Shown piece after piece: positions 48,641 to 58,379 of a DNA stretch of 64,000 nucleotides (positions are counted from its first letter, which is position 1; each line of letters starts with the position of its first letter). The notes under the pieces were generated by a model. It was not told where the DNA came from. It saw nothing but the letters and a program-made list of their open reading frames with translations, and ran no database searches. Both the position numbers and the translations under genes were made by a program. Source of the DNA: a bacterium (GTDB lineage Bacteria > Patescibacteriota > Dojkabacteria > GCA-016699595); contig CP064982.1 of assembly GCA_016699595.1 (NCBI GenBank), positions 276,563-340,562 on the forward strand, written 5' to 3'.

Positions 48641-48878
48641 CTACTGTAAACAAAACTGCACCTAAAACAGCTATCAATAAATTCAATACATTAAACGAAG
48701 TGCTGAATGATAAGTTGAGTTCTTTTGTAGTCAAAAAGGTGTATAAAGTATTTCCTACAACTGAACCTACTATACCTAATAATGAGGTCATCCAAAAGCT
48801 ATCAGATTTTCCCATTAGTTTGTTTGCTAGAAAGCCAACTAAAGCTCCAAACAATATTGCCAAAATTAAATTTAACAT
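48615..48878 (-). CDS. GlsB/YeaQ/YmgE-family membrane protein (transglycosylase-associated / stress-response family).
   Basis: 'MLNLILAILFGALVGFLANKLMGK…GIVGSVVGNTLYTFL' is the typical GxxxG-rich three-TM pattern of this family. Confidence 0.75.
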   Translation of the reverse strand: MLNLILAILFGALVGFLANKLMGKSDSFWMTSLLGIVGSVVGNTLYTFLTTKELNLSFSTSFNVLNLLIAVLGAVLFTVVYTKFASK

Positions 48879-48958
48879 TTTTTTATGACATAAACTACAT
48901 AATTGTACTTATGATTTTATAATTACAACTTAGTAGCTATAAATTTTAAATAAAAGAC

Positions 48959-50611
48959 TTAACGCCATATTATAGCGAAGTCTTCGTCATTATATCTCTT
49001 TATATTCGTACCTTCAACTAATTTTATTTCAAAAACACCACTTTTTTCTAAAACTTTCTTAGTTTCACTTTTCTCACCATTAGTAAAATCATAGAAATAA
49101 GGATGTCTTGTATCATCAGTATTATCTAAAGATTCTGTACCTATTCGCATATATTGCTCATCGACTATCGAATTCCAAGCGAAAGTTTGATTCAGTCCTA
49201 CAATTGTGGGAACTTTCACTATATTTAGGCTTGCAGAAGTATTTTTCAATATAACTTCACTTAAGTTCAAAGGCAAATTTACTTCGTAGCCTGTGAAATA
49301 TTCAAATACAGTTGCATTTTCCTTGTAAATAGCTGGATTTTGAAATATTGTTTGAAGTTTCTTTTGCAAATTATTGTAGTTTTTTATTTTGAAATCGCTA
49401 GTCCCTTCAACTGGAGTAATATTTTCAGGCATAAATGTAGGATCAAGTACAATAGAAACCATCCCATTGTATTTGTCTTTCAAGCGAAGTCCAGCTAACA
49501 GATCATTTGCATCATAACTAGATATTTTTATATTGTTCTGCAAAGAAGTTACTATATCAGACAACTTTTGCGGATTCAGGAGTATGGAACTAGATAGAAT
49601 CTTTGACCGAATGGCATCAATAACTTGCTGCTGTCTTCGAGACCGATCCCAATCAGTAGTATATTCGCGAGATCTTGCATATACCAAGGCTTCTTCTCCA
49701 TTCATACTATGGTTGCCTGCCCTTAAACTCCATTCGCAATAATAACCATCTGCAAGTAAAACATTTTTGCAATTATTTTTCTTATATTCTGCAGATAATT
49801 CAGTTGGTGGATAGACATTTTTGATATCCTTCTCTACAGTAATGTCAATACCTCCAATTGCATCAATCAATTCCTTAAATCCATCCAAAGTAATGAATGC
49901 ACTGTAATGTATCGGTAAACCAGTAATTTTAGTAACTTCTTGACTAACACCATTGATACCCATTTCGTAATCCTTTTTTATCCAACCCGAATTATAGTAA
50001 ACTTGATTTATTTTCGATGTCTCTTTGTTACCATAAACATTTGTATAAGTAACCTGTGTATCTCGAGGTATAGAAATAAGGTTCAAGTAGTTAGTATCAT
50101 GATCGTAACTAGCTACTATGATAGTATCCGTTAAACCACCTGAAGAATCGCCCTGATTTGCACCTCGACTGTCAACTCCCAACAAAAGTATGTTTGTTTT
50201 GCCATTTGTCCTTGGTAATTCCCTAGCATTACAAAAGATACCAGAACAAGTCGGTTTATCAAGCTCAACAATTTGGCAATTACCTTCAGCGCAATCATTA
50301 AAAACCTTATGAATTTGCGAATAAGCAGCATTTATAGATCCGAATGGATTTTTCAGATACAAAAACATAGATAATGCCAAAATTAAAAAAAACAAAATCA
50401 ATAAAAGTAATAATTTATTTAGCTTTGATGACTTTTGATTCTTATCGTTATCCAACCTTATCCTTTTGGCAGATAAACTTTCAACTTTATTCCCGCTCTT
50501 TTTAGCCGCTAAATTTGAGTTATGATCCCCAAATATAGTTGAATTTGAACTATCTGTAAACTTTTTGTTTGAGGAATCGTTTCTGTAATTTCCGAGATTA
50601 ACTTGTTTCAT
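48959..50611 (-). CDS. LytR-CpsA-Psr (LCP) family cell-wall polymer transferase with extended N- and C-terminal regions.
   Basis: 'ILLLGVDSRG…TDTIIVASYDHDTNYLNLISIPRDT' is the LCP core motif. TM helix 'LLLLILFFLILALSMFLYL'. Confidence 0.85.
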   Translation of the reverse strand: MKQVNLGNYRNDSSNKKFTDSSNSTIFGDHNSNLAAKKSGNKVESLSAKRIRLDNDKNQKSSKLNKLLLLLILFFLILALSMFLYLKNPFGSINAAYSQIHKVFNDCAEGNCQIVELDKPTCSGIFCNARELPRTNGKTNILLLGVDSRGANQGDSSGGLTDTIIVASYDHDTNYLNLISIPRDTQVTYTNVYGNKETSKINQVYYNSGWIKKDYEMGINGVSQEVTKITGLPIHYSAFITLDGFKELIDAIGGIDITVEKDIKNVYPPTELSAEYKKNNCKNVLLADGYYCEWSLRAGNHSMNGEEALVYARSREYTTDWDRSRRQQQVIDAIRSKILSSSILLNPQKLSDIVTSLQNNIKISSYDANDLLAGLRLKDKYNGMVSIVLDPTFMPENITPVEGTSDFKIKNYNNLQKKLQTIFQNPAIYKENATVFEYFTGYEVNLPLNLSEVILKNTSASLNIVKVPTIVGLNQTFAWNSIVDEQYMRIGTESLDNTDDTRHPYFYDFTNGEKSETKKVLEKSGVFEIKLVEGTNIKRYNDEDFAIIWR

Positions 50612-52110
50612 ATATATCTTTCTTTCACAATTTGAATTAATTTATCTTTTTCATTTAAACTAACATCATCCATCACAAGCTCTAAGAGTTTGTTTAAAAC
50701 TTCACCAATTTTTTTACCACTAAAGCCCAGTTCTAGCAAATCATTGCCAGTTATTTCTAAATCAGTTACTTTGAAAGCATTATCTTGCTCCAAAACCTTA
50801 GAAATTCTATATTGCAATCTTTCAATCTCAGTTGGATCCCAAGCTGATTTTGGATTTGAAGTTGCATCAGCAATTCTAAGTCTAAATATATCTTCAATAT
50901 TTTCAATTCCAACTTTCCTAATAAATCTTCGAATTGCACCATCACTCCAACCTTGAGAAAATTTGTCGGAACGAATCAATTTTAACTTATCTTCCTTTTG
51001 AGATAAAGTTAAATCAAAACTTTCTATCTTATTTTCAACAAACTTCACATCAAATTCATTGTAAGGATAATAAAACATATGTTCTTGGACTAATTTTACA
51101 TTCCTCTCAACTTCATCTTTAGGTAAATGAAGTCTAGTTAATATTTCTTTTGTCATCTGAGCACCAACTTGATCATGTCCAAAAAAATGTCCATCATGAG
51201 TATCGCATCTTGGTTTTCCTATATCATGAAATAAAGCTGCAATTTTGACTTTATCTTCAGCTACATCAAGAGTTGCTAAACTATGATCAAAAACATCATG
51301 AACATGAAAAGCAATTTGAGTTACATTTATACCTTCAAGTAATTCCGGGATAAATATTTTCAAAATACCAGTATCTTTCAAAAGTCGAATTCCAATTGAA
51401 GGCTTTGGTGATTTATAAATAATTTTCAAAAACTCATCTCGAAATCTTTCGATTGAAATCTTCTCAGTTACATGTAGTGTTTTCGAAATTGCAACATAAG
51501 TTTCAGGTTCAATCTTTAAACCTAAAGTTGATGCAAAACGAATTGCACGAATTGATCTCAAACCATCTTCAGAAAATCTTTCTATTGGATTTCCAACAGC
51601 TTTTATAATTTTATTTTTTAAATCACTTTGTCCACCAAATAAATCTATTATTTCAACTTGCGCTTTATCCAATTTTCCATCTAAATAATCTTGAACAACT
51701 GGTTTCATATCAATACACATCGAATTGATAGTGAAATCTCTTCTTGCTAAATCTTCTTCTAAACGAATTCCGAATTCAACTTTAGCAGGCCATCGACCTG
51801 AAGCATAATCTTCTTCCTTTCTATAAGTCGTGATTTCGACTGTATGATTTTCACCAAATTTATCTTGAACAATAGCAGCAATTGTTCCAAATCTTTCATT
51901 TATTTGGACTGATTTTGGAAATGATTCAAGTTTTTGAATTTCAGTTGGAAGTGCATTTGTAGTAAAGTCTATATCATATTGAGTTATTCCAAGTAAATTG
52001 TCACGAACACTACCTCCAACTAAGTAACAATCAAATCCCTCGTTAATCAAAATTCTTGCGACCTTCAAAGCATAAGTTGGTATTTTTGTTGCATCAAATT
52101 TTTGGTTCAT
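50608..52110 (-). CDS. cca: CCA-adding tRNA nucleotidyltransferase (polymerase-beta head plus HD domain).
   Basis: 'FDCYLVGGSVRDNLLGITQYDIDFTT' and the HD motif 'LFHDIGK'. A 4-nt overlap with the downstream LCP gene suggests an operon. Confidence 0.85.
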   Translation of the reverse strand: MNQKFDATKIPTYALKVARILINEGFDCYLVGGSVRDNLLGITQYDIDFTTNALPTEIQKLESFPKSVQINERFGTIAAIVQDKFGENHTVEITTYRKEEDYASGRWPAKVEFGIRLEEDLARRDFTINSMCIDMKPVVQDYLDGKLDKAQVEIIDLFGGQSDLKNKIIKAVGNPIERFSEDGLRSIRAIRFASTLGLKIEPETYVAISKTLHVTEKISIERFRDEFLKIIYKSPKPSIGIRLLKDTGILKIFIPELLEGINVTQIAFHVHDVFDHSLATLDVAEDKVKIAALFHDIGKPRCDTHDGHFFGHDQVGAQMTKEILTRLHLPKDEVERNVKLVQEHMFYYPYNEFDVKFVENKIESFDLTLSQKEDKLKLIRSDKFSQGWSDGAIRRFIRKVGIENIEDIFRLRIADATSNPKSAWDPTEIERLQYRISKVLEQDNAFKVTDLEITGNDLLELGFSGKKIGEVLNKLLELVMDDVSLNEKDKLIQIVKERYI

Positions 52111-52220
52111 ATATTAGTATAATGTGACTAGTACGCAAGTGTATTTTAACAAAAATTCAATAGATAATTTACAATATTACTGTATAATTCCAAATTATTA
52201 TCTACTTAAACTATATTTAA

Positions 52221-53978
52221 ATGAACTTTTTTCGTTATTATAAAACCTATAGGTTATTCGCTCAAAAAAATAAATCTATTTACTACTTTTCATTTGTAAT
52301 GGTTTTTCTTTTTTCAGCTGTACTAAATTTATCAACTTTTACTGTTGGACAACTAATCAATGAGTTTAAGCTCGGAGATATAAATTTGTTTCGCAATATT
52401 GGATTAATTGCATTGACTTTAGTTTTACCTAGCATTTTTGAACCCATACTTTTTACCTTAAGAAATAAATTATATGTCAATGTATATACAGATGTTTTAA
52501 AAAATGTATACTCCAAAACTTTGTTACAAGATTACGACTACCATACAAAGAGATCTTCAGGCAAATTAATAAATATTATTTTGAAATCAGATACAATAGT
52601 CGACATTTATTTATATTCGTTTGAATTGATCTTATTTATGGGTATTATTGAAACTTTAGTAATTATTACTTTTATCGCAATTGTGTCGCCTAAGCTTATT
52701 ATACCTATAATTATTACACAATGTATTTTGATTTATCCTGAAGTATATTCAATTACAAGAAGTGTACGATTAAGGAGATCAGCCAAAAATGACGAACATG
52801 AGGTAGCTATTTATGTGTCTGACATTTTAAACAGCTACGAAAATGTGAGATCGTTTAGAAAAGAGAATTTTGAAATTAATCGTTTCTTTGAAATTGCAAA
52901 TAGACTAAATAAGTCAGTCTATTCATATATGCAAGGATTTAGGTTGATGGATGTGGTTATGGCAATCAATCAAATTTTGACCGTTTTGCTTACTGCATCA
53001 GTAGCTATTAAGCTTTATACTTTAGGAGAAATTACATTTGCAAATTTAATAGTTGTTATTTCTTTTTTACTTACTCTCAAAAATAAGGTTTCCAGTGTTC
53101 TATTGGCAATCCGTAATACCTTCAAAGATATAAGTCGCTTAGAAGATACCATTGACTTGCTAAATTTACCAGAATCTGTAGTAAAAATTGGAAACCAAAC
53201 TATCGATTTAGAAAAACCTATTGATATAAAGTTTGAAAATATTTCTTTTGAATATAATTCAAATAAGCCTATTATCAATAATTTAAGTCTAGAGATAAAA
53301 CATAAAGAAGATATTGCTTTTGTAGGACCATCTGGTGGAGGTAAAACAACATTAGTCAAATTGCTACTACGATACTACCTAGTTGATAGTGGAAGAATTT
53401 TGATAAATGATATAGACATAAAGGATCTGAAAGAGGAAACTCTACAAATGATATTTGCTGTTGTACCTCAAGATCCTGTTATGTTTAATCAGTCACTACT
53501 TTACAATATTGGTTATGGACTAGATGTTGACCCAACTCAACTAGAAAATCATATGGCTAGCATTGTCGAAGTTTGTAAGAAGGCTCAAATTTATGATTTT
53601 ATCATGTCACTTCCTGAAGGTTTTGATACGAAAGTAGGAGAGCGTGGAATCAAGCTATCTGGAGGTCAAAGACAAAGAGTAGCGATTGCAAGAACATTAC
53701 TCAAAGATCCAAAAGTAATAATATTTGATGAAGCAACATCTATGCTTGATTCCGAAAGCGAGCATGCAATCCAATTAGCAATCTCCGAAATAGCAAGAGA
53801 AAAAACAATGATTTTCATAGCCCATAGACTTTCAACGATTAGACATTGCGACAAAATATTTGTAATAGATAGTGGAGAATTGATAGAGAGTGGAACACAT
53901 AAAGAATTACTTGCTGGAAATGGGATCTATAATAAGATATGGAATATACAAAGTGGAGGGTTTATCAATTTCAAGTAA
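52221..53978 (+). CDS. ABC transporter, fused permease/ATPase exporter (MsbA/multidrug-type).
   Basis: Six-TM N-terminal domain, Walker A 'GPSGGGKTT', signature 'LSGGQRQRVAIAR', Walker B 'IIFDEATS'. Confidence 0.85.
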   Translation: MNFFRYYKTYRLFAQKNKSIYYFSFVMVFLFSAVLNLSTFTVGQLINEFKLGDINLFRNIGLIALTLVLPSIFEPILFTLRNKLYVNVYTDVLKNVYSKTLLQDYDYHTKRSSGKLINIILKSDTIVDIYLYSFELILFMGIIETLVIITFIAIVSPKLIIPIIITQCILIYPEVYSITRSVRLRRSAKNDEHEVAIYVSDILNSYENVRSFRKENFEINRFFEIANRLNKSVYSYMQGFRLMDVVMAINQILTVLLTASVAIKLYTLGEITFANLIVVISFLLTLKNKVSSVLLAIRNTFKDISRLEDTIDLLNLPESVVKIGNQTIDLEKPIDIKFENISFEYNSNKPIINNLSLEIKHKEDIAFVGPSGGGKTTLVKLLLRYYLVDSGRILINDIDIKDLKEETLQMIFAVVPQDPVMFNQSLLYNIGYGLDVDPTQLENHMASIVEVCKKAQIYDFIMSLPEGFDTKVGERGIKLSGGQRQRVAIARTLLKDPKVIIFDEATSMLDSESEHAIQLAISEIAREKTMIFIAHRLSTIRHCDKIFVIDSGELIESGTHKELLAGNGIYNKIWNIQSGGFINFK

Positions 53979-54106
53979 CGAACAATAATTTATAATTTTT
54001 ATTTTTTCCTCTTTTTAGACCATATTTATTGCATTATAATTACCTTTATTTGTAATGTTGTCATTCACATAGATAGATAATCTTCCCAATTAAGTACTAG
54101 GTACAG

Positions 54107-55120
54107 TCAAAATTTTATCATCATTACCTCTTTCATCATATCCAAAGTTTCTGAAGCTCTATTTTTTGCTACTTTAGTTCCTTCCATAGTCAAATTTAAC
54201 AATTGATCAACTTTAGATTCAGCTTCATTTCTTTTCTCTCGAATTGGAGTTAAATATTCGTTCATTGCTTGAAATAATTTTTCTTTTACCTCAACATCGC
54301 CAACTTGACCTTTTGTATATCTATCTTTCAAATCTTGAACTTCATCTAAGTTTGAATTAAACAAATCATGATAAGTAAATGCTACATTCCCTTCAATATG
54401 ACCTATATCAGTTGCTCGAACTCTAGTTGGATCAGTATAAACTGAAAAGACTTTCTTGCGAAGTTCTTCTTCAGAGTCTGACAAATAAATTGCGTTATTT
54501 AGTGATTTCCCCATCTTTTCATTTCCATCAATCCCCGGAACATTTCTTTCAACTCCAAGCAAAGCTTCTGGAAGATTGAAAATGTTAGAATTGTAAGTTG
54601 CATCAAACTTTTGAGCAATATCTCGAGTTTCTTCAATCATTGGAAGTTGATCTTTTCCAACTGGAACCAAATCTGCTCGAACTGAAAGTATATCTGCGAC
54701 TTGATGAATTGGATAAAAGAAAAATCCAAGTGGGGTTGATTTTTCAAAACCTTCTTTTGTTTTCATTTCTTGTTTAACGGTTGGATTTTGTGCTACTTGT
54801 TGAACTGAAACAAAATTTGAAAAGTAAACAAACATTTCATGAATTTGCGGAACTTCTGACTGGATAACTATATGAGATTTTTCAAAGTCTATACCAACTG
54901 CATAATAATCTTTAAGTAGCTCAACAATGCTATTTTTTACTTTTTGTGGATTATCAAAGTTATCTGAAAGTGCTTGAACATTTGCAATCAGGATAAATTG
55001 ATTATACTCTTCTTGTAGTCTAACTCTATTTTGAAGCGAACCAAGTAAGTGCCCAATGTGAAGTTTTCCAGTTGATCTATCTCCAGTTAATATTGTTTTT
55101 TTTGAATTTGTGTTTGACAT
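54107..55120 (-). CDS. trpS: Tryptophan--tRNA ligase.
   Basis: HIGH motif 'TGDRSTGKLHIGHLLG', KMSKS motif 'KMGKSLNNA', and overall class Ic TrpRS length and pattern. Confidence 0.85.
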   Translation of the reverse strand: MSNTNSKKTILTGDRSTGKLHIGHLLGSLQNRVRLQEEYNQFILIANVQALSDNFDNPQKVKNSIVELLKDYYAVGIDFEKSHIVIQSEVPQIHEMFVYFSNFVSVQQVAQNPTVKQEMKTKEGFEKSTPLGFFFYPIHQVADILSVRADLVPVGKDQLPMIEETRDIAQKFDATYNSNIFNLPEALLGVERNVPGIDGNEKMGKSLNNAIYLSDSEEELRKKVFSVYTDPTRVRATDIGHIEGNVAFTYHDLFNSNLDEVQDLKDRYTKGQVGDVEVKEKLFQAMNEYLTPIREKRNEAESKVDQLLNLTMEGTKVAKNRASETLDMMKEVMMIKF

Positions 55121-55150
55121 GATTATATTTCAGGATATTTTATAAAATTT

Positions 55151-55179
55151 AATACAAAATAACAAAAAATCCCGCACTT
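55151..55179 (-). terminator. Intrinsic terminator-like hairpin about 30 nt upstream of the trpS start, in its 5' leader. Candidate attenuator.
   Basis: Minus-strand 'AAAUCCCGC-caagu-GCGGGAUUU' (9-bp perfect stem) followed by 'UUUUUUG'. An upstream 'ACUUGGCG' could pair alternatively with 'CGCCAAGU' in the 5' arm. Confidence 0.5.
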
Positions 55180-55355
55180 GGCGGGATTTACATTTGACAA
55201 TATATGTAAAAGTCAACGCCAAGTAGGAATAATTTGATTATGCCATGAATTTTGTTTTCTTGATTGAAATAACATTGCTTTATAATATTACAGATTATAG
55301 CATCTACTTTGATTTAGTAGAATGATTTTCCGTTCAATGTTATAATTTGCGATTC

Positions 55356-55428
55356 GCGAAAGTAATTCAGTTGGTAGAATGCTTCCTTCCCAAGGAAGAT
55401 GTCGCGGGTTCGAATCCCGTCTTTCGCT
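55356..55428 (+). tRNA. tRNA-Gly (anticodon CCC), 73 nt, CCA not encoded.
   Basis: Cloverleaf by eye: acceptor GCGAAAG/CTTTCGC with discriminator U, D-arm ATTC-AGTTGGTA-GAAT, anticodon arm CTTCC-TTCCCAA-GGAAG (anticodon CCC), T-arm GCGGG-TTCGAAT-CCCGT. Confidence 0.85.
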
Positions 55429-55477
55429 GTTTTCTTTTCTTATTGCCTAATCTTTAACTATCATATACAATAAATAT

Positions 55478-56794
55478 ATGGCAACTAAATATATTGTTAC
55501 AGGTGGATATAAACTAAATGGAGAAATCTCAGTACAATATTCAAAAAATATTGCTATGAAACTACTTATGAATCCTCTCTTAGTTGAGGGGGAATATTTA
55601 ATAAAAAATATTCCCCGAATTACATCAACCTTTAATTTAATTAAAATACTAGAATTTTTTGGATGTGTCTGTTCTTGGAAAAGTAATCATGATGTATTTG
55701 TAGACAGTAGGAATTTGAATCCAAATGCTGTTATGTCTGATGAAACATTTTCTCATACAAGTAGTGCAATACTTGCAGTTCAAATATTAGTTGGACGGTT
55801 TGGTAAATGTGTGTTCGAAAAGAAAGATTTAGAAAATATTGGAGGAGATAGAATTGGATCAAGACAATTCCAAATTACAATTGATGCTGTTAAAAATTAT
55901 GGAATATCTGTTGATATAAAGAATGAAACGATTATTTTTACTAGAATAAATCAAGAAGGCTTTGAACAAATAATTCCCGATGAGTCATATGGAATTTCTG
56001 TTGGAGCATTATATTCAGCATTATTTAAAGAGAGCAATTCTCGTATAACTGGAATAACTAAGCAACCTGATTTCAAGATAATTCTACAGAATTTAAAACA
56101 AATGGGAGTTAAATATACTTTAGAAGAAAATGAATTAATAGTCGAGCCATTTAAACCAGATACAGCTAAATTTGAACTAGTGAATATTTCTGATTGGCAT
56201 GATTTTGCAACATTAGTCTTTATGGGAATAATTACAGAATCGTCTCTTAGGATAAATAATTTTAATTTTGAATATATGGCAGGTGATGTTATGGTAGATT
56301 ACTTAACAAGACTGGGAGTAGCATTCACATGTCAAGGGACCAGTTTCCTTTTGCATAAAAACAAGTTACAATCACTCCGCCCAATTGATATTATTGCGTC
56401 TGTGACACCCTCATTTATGACTGAATGGCAAGTTCTTATATCTGCTTTATTAACACAAATAAATGGTTATTCACATATTGCTGAACTTTGGTTTACAGAT
56501 AGAATGAGCCACTGGAATGAGCTAAAAAAAATGGGTGCTAATTTTACTTATTTGCCTAATAGACAAAGTAGACAAAATAAACCTTTCGTAGTAAGAGTGT
56601 TAGGAAGATCTAAATTAGTTGGTACAACAGTTACTGCTGAAAATCTCAGATCTGGTGCAGTACTTATAATGGCAGCACTAGTTGCAGAAGGCAAAACAGA
56701 CATTTTAGGAGTTGAACATATTGAAAGAGGATATGATAATCTTGTGCAAAGATTAAATAATATTGGGGCACATATTGAAGTTAGGACTATATAA
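55478..56794 (+). CDS. murA: UDP-N-acetylglucosamine 1-carboxyvinyltransferase MurA, with Asp at the fosfomycin-targeted active-site position.
   Basis: N-terminus 'YIVTGGYKLNGEISVQYSKNIAMKLLMNPLLVEGEYLIKNIPRI' follows the MurA pattern (I.GG..L.GEV.ISGAKNAALPI…). The active-site loop 'GGDRIGSR' aligns with E. coli 'GGCAIGAR' and M. tuberculosis 'GGDAIGSR'. Confidence 0.85.
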   Translation: MATKYIVTGGYKLNGEISVQYSKNIAMKLLMNPLLVEGEYLIKNIPRITSTFNLIKILEFFGCVCSWKSNHDVFVDSRNLNPNAVMSDETFSHTSSAILAVQILVGRFGKCVFEKKDLENIGGDRIGSRQFQITIDAVKNYGISVDIKNETIIFTRINQEGFEQIIPDESYGISVGALYSALFKESNSRITGITKQPDFKIILQNLKQMGVKYTLEENELIVEPFKPDTAKFELVNISDWHDFATLVFMGIITESSLRINNFNFEYMAGDVMVDYLTRLGVAFTCQGTSFLLHKNKLQSLRPIDIIASVTPSFMTEWQVLISALLTQINGYSHIAELWFTDRMSHWNELKKMGANFTYLPNRQSRQNKPFVVRVLGRSKLVGTTVTAENLRSGAVLIMAALVAEGKTDILGVEHIERGYDNLVQRLNNIGAHIEVRTI

Positions 56795-56840
56795 ATAGTT
56801 AAGTTTTAGGGGATATCTAAATTCTCCATTTTTTATTGCA

Positions 56841-56862
56841 GTTTGAATCCCGTCTTTCGCTG
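56841..56862 (+). repeat. 22-nt direct repeat of the tRNA-Gly 3' end (1 mismatch) just downstream of murA. Looks like an att-site-style duplication.
   Basis: 'gtttgaatcccgtctttcgctg' (56841-56862) against the tRNA 3' end 'gttcgaatcccgtctttcgctg' (55408-55429), same orientation, bracketing murA. Confidence 0.6.
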
Positions 56863-56887
56863 AAAATTATAATGTAAAAAAATAAAC

Positions 56888-57268
56888 ATGAAAGAATATG
56901 TATTAGCCTCTCCTCAGAAGAGATTGAATTATACTTTATACAAACAACCAATTTTCATTTTTTTACTATTGCTAAATTTACTTTTGTTTTTACTTATGTT
57001 GTACTTGGTTTTTTCTAAATACAACTCGATTCCAAACATTACTCCGTTTTTTTATAATTACGCTACAAATAATTACGAGTTATTTGATAAAAAGTTTTTA
57101 TTCTTACTTCCCACCTTGAGTTTTTTTTACTTGATAGTACAAAATCTAATGAATTTTAAGCTTCCTGAAGAAAGACATTTTTTTATCAATTTTATTTCAG
57201 GTGTTTTTAGCGTAACAAACATCTTTTTTATACTTTTTTTGACTTATACTATTTCAACTTCTGTTTAA
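56888..57268 (+). CDS. Small polytopic membrane protein, hypothetical.
   Basis: 126-aa ORF with three hydrophobic helices. AT-rich, so spurious origin is possible. Confidence 0.35.
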   Translation: MKEYVLASPQKRLNYTLYKQPIFIFLLLLNLLLFLLMLYLVFSKYNSIPNITPFFYNYATNNYELFDKKFLFLLPTLSFFYLIVQNLMNFKLPEERHFFINFISGVFSVTNIFFILFLTYTISTSV

Positions 57269-57401
57269 ATTCAAATTACATTTAAAGCATATTTTTGACA
57301 TCAATCAAACACAAATAAATATTTTTTTAGTATTCATCACAGGAAGCATTATTACTTTTTTATGCACTCTCCCCATTACAAAGCTAGCGAAAAAAGTAGG
57401 T

Positions 57402-58379
57402 TTGATTGACCTACCAGCCGAACTAAGAAAGCTTACAGATTCAACAAAAGCTAGAAGAATCCACAAAACATTAACTATAAGATCAGGTGGGATTTCTATT
57501 ACTGTAGCATTTTTATTGCTTTATTTGCTCTTTTTCAACGATATATCAACTATTAGCACAAATACTTACTTCACAATTTTAATTGGGTTAATTATTTTAA
57601 CCGTTTTAGGAATACTAGATGATAAGTTTGAAATAAAGGGGAAATATCAATTGATAGTACAATTATTTGTCGTCTCCATAGTAGTGCTAGGTGGCGTTCA
57701 AATTTCAGAAATTGACAAAGGTTTGCCAGGAATTGTCATATTACCTGATTATATTGCAAAATTTGTTTCTGTAGCATGGATTATGATTTTGATAAACGCT
57801 ATTAATTGGGTAGATGGAATAGATGGATTGTCAACTGGGATTGTAAGTATTGCAGCATTTATTATTTCTATTTTGAACTTACAACAAGGAAATGTAGATG
57901 TTGCCATTTTGAGTATGATGCTTTCAGGAGCTACATCAGGATATATTCCTTGGAATTTTCCTCCAAACAAAGGTACATTTGTCGGAGGAACTGCAATAAA
58001 CTTTGGTTACTTACTCGGTGTGATATCGATACTTGGATCTACCAAATCTGCTAGTTCAATGTTAATTTTACTTTTGCCTATTCTTGATATGATTTGGGTT
58101 ATAATCAATAGGATCAACAAGCATGAAATACTAAACCCTATCAAACTCTTGGGAATTTCTGACAAAACTCACTTGCATCATAGGCTTTTGGACCTTGGAT
58201 TAAGTGTAAGACAGGTAACGCTTATTGAATATATGATAATATCTATAATAGGAGCAATTTTGGTGTATACAAGTGAAGCAAGCAAAACAACTGCTTTGCT
58301 GAGTATTGGAATTATCATACTTGGCATTTTTCTTTTGATAAGTTTTACAAATAATCATAAACGAAAGAATGAAAAATAA
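57402..58379 (+). CDS. GT4-family polyprenyl-phosphate N-acetylhexosamine-1-phosphate transferase (MraY/WecA family). The reading frame stays open and conserved-looking upstream to 57285, but no canonical start codon lies in that stretch.
   Basis: 'NAINWVDGIDGLSTG', 'LGILDDKFEI' (DDxxD), and a ten-TM pattern. The upstream in-frame translation '…FLVFITGSIITFLCTLPITKLAKKVGLIDLPAELRK' resembles the usual MraY/WecA N-terminus. Confidence 0.75.
   Translation: MIDLPAELRKLTDSTKARRIHKTLTIRSGGISITVAFLLLYLLFFNDISTISTNTYFTILIGLIILTVLGILDDKFEIKGKYQLIVQLFVVSIVVLGGVQISEIDKGLPGIVILPDYIAKFVSVAWIMILINAINWVDGIDGLSTGIVSIAAFIISILNLQQGNVDVAILSMMLSGATSGYIPWNFPPNKGTFVGGTAINFGYLLGVISILGSTKSASSMLILLLPILDMIWVIINRINKHEILNPIKLLGISDKTHLHHRLLDLGLSVRQVTLIEYMIISIIGAILVYTSEASKTTALLSIGIIILGIFLLISFTNNHKRKNEK

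Noticed and set aside
55151-55179. The hairpin might be the terminator of the plus-strand tRNA-Gly
   Set aside because: It lies upstream of the tRNA and its U-tract is on the minus strand, so it belongs to the trpS leader.
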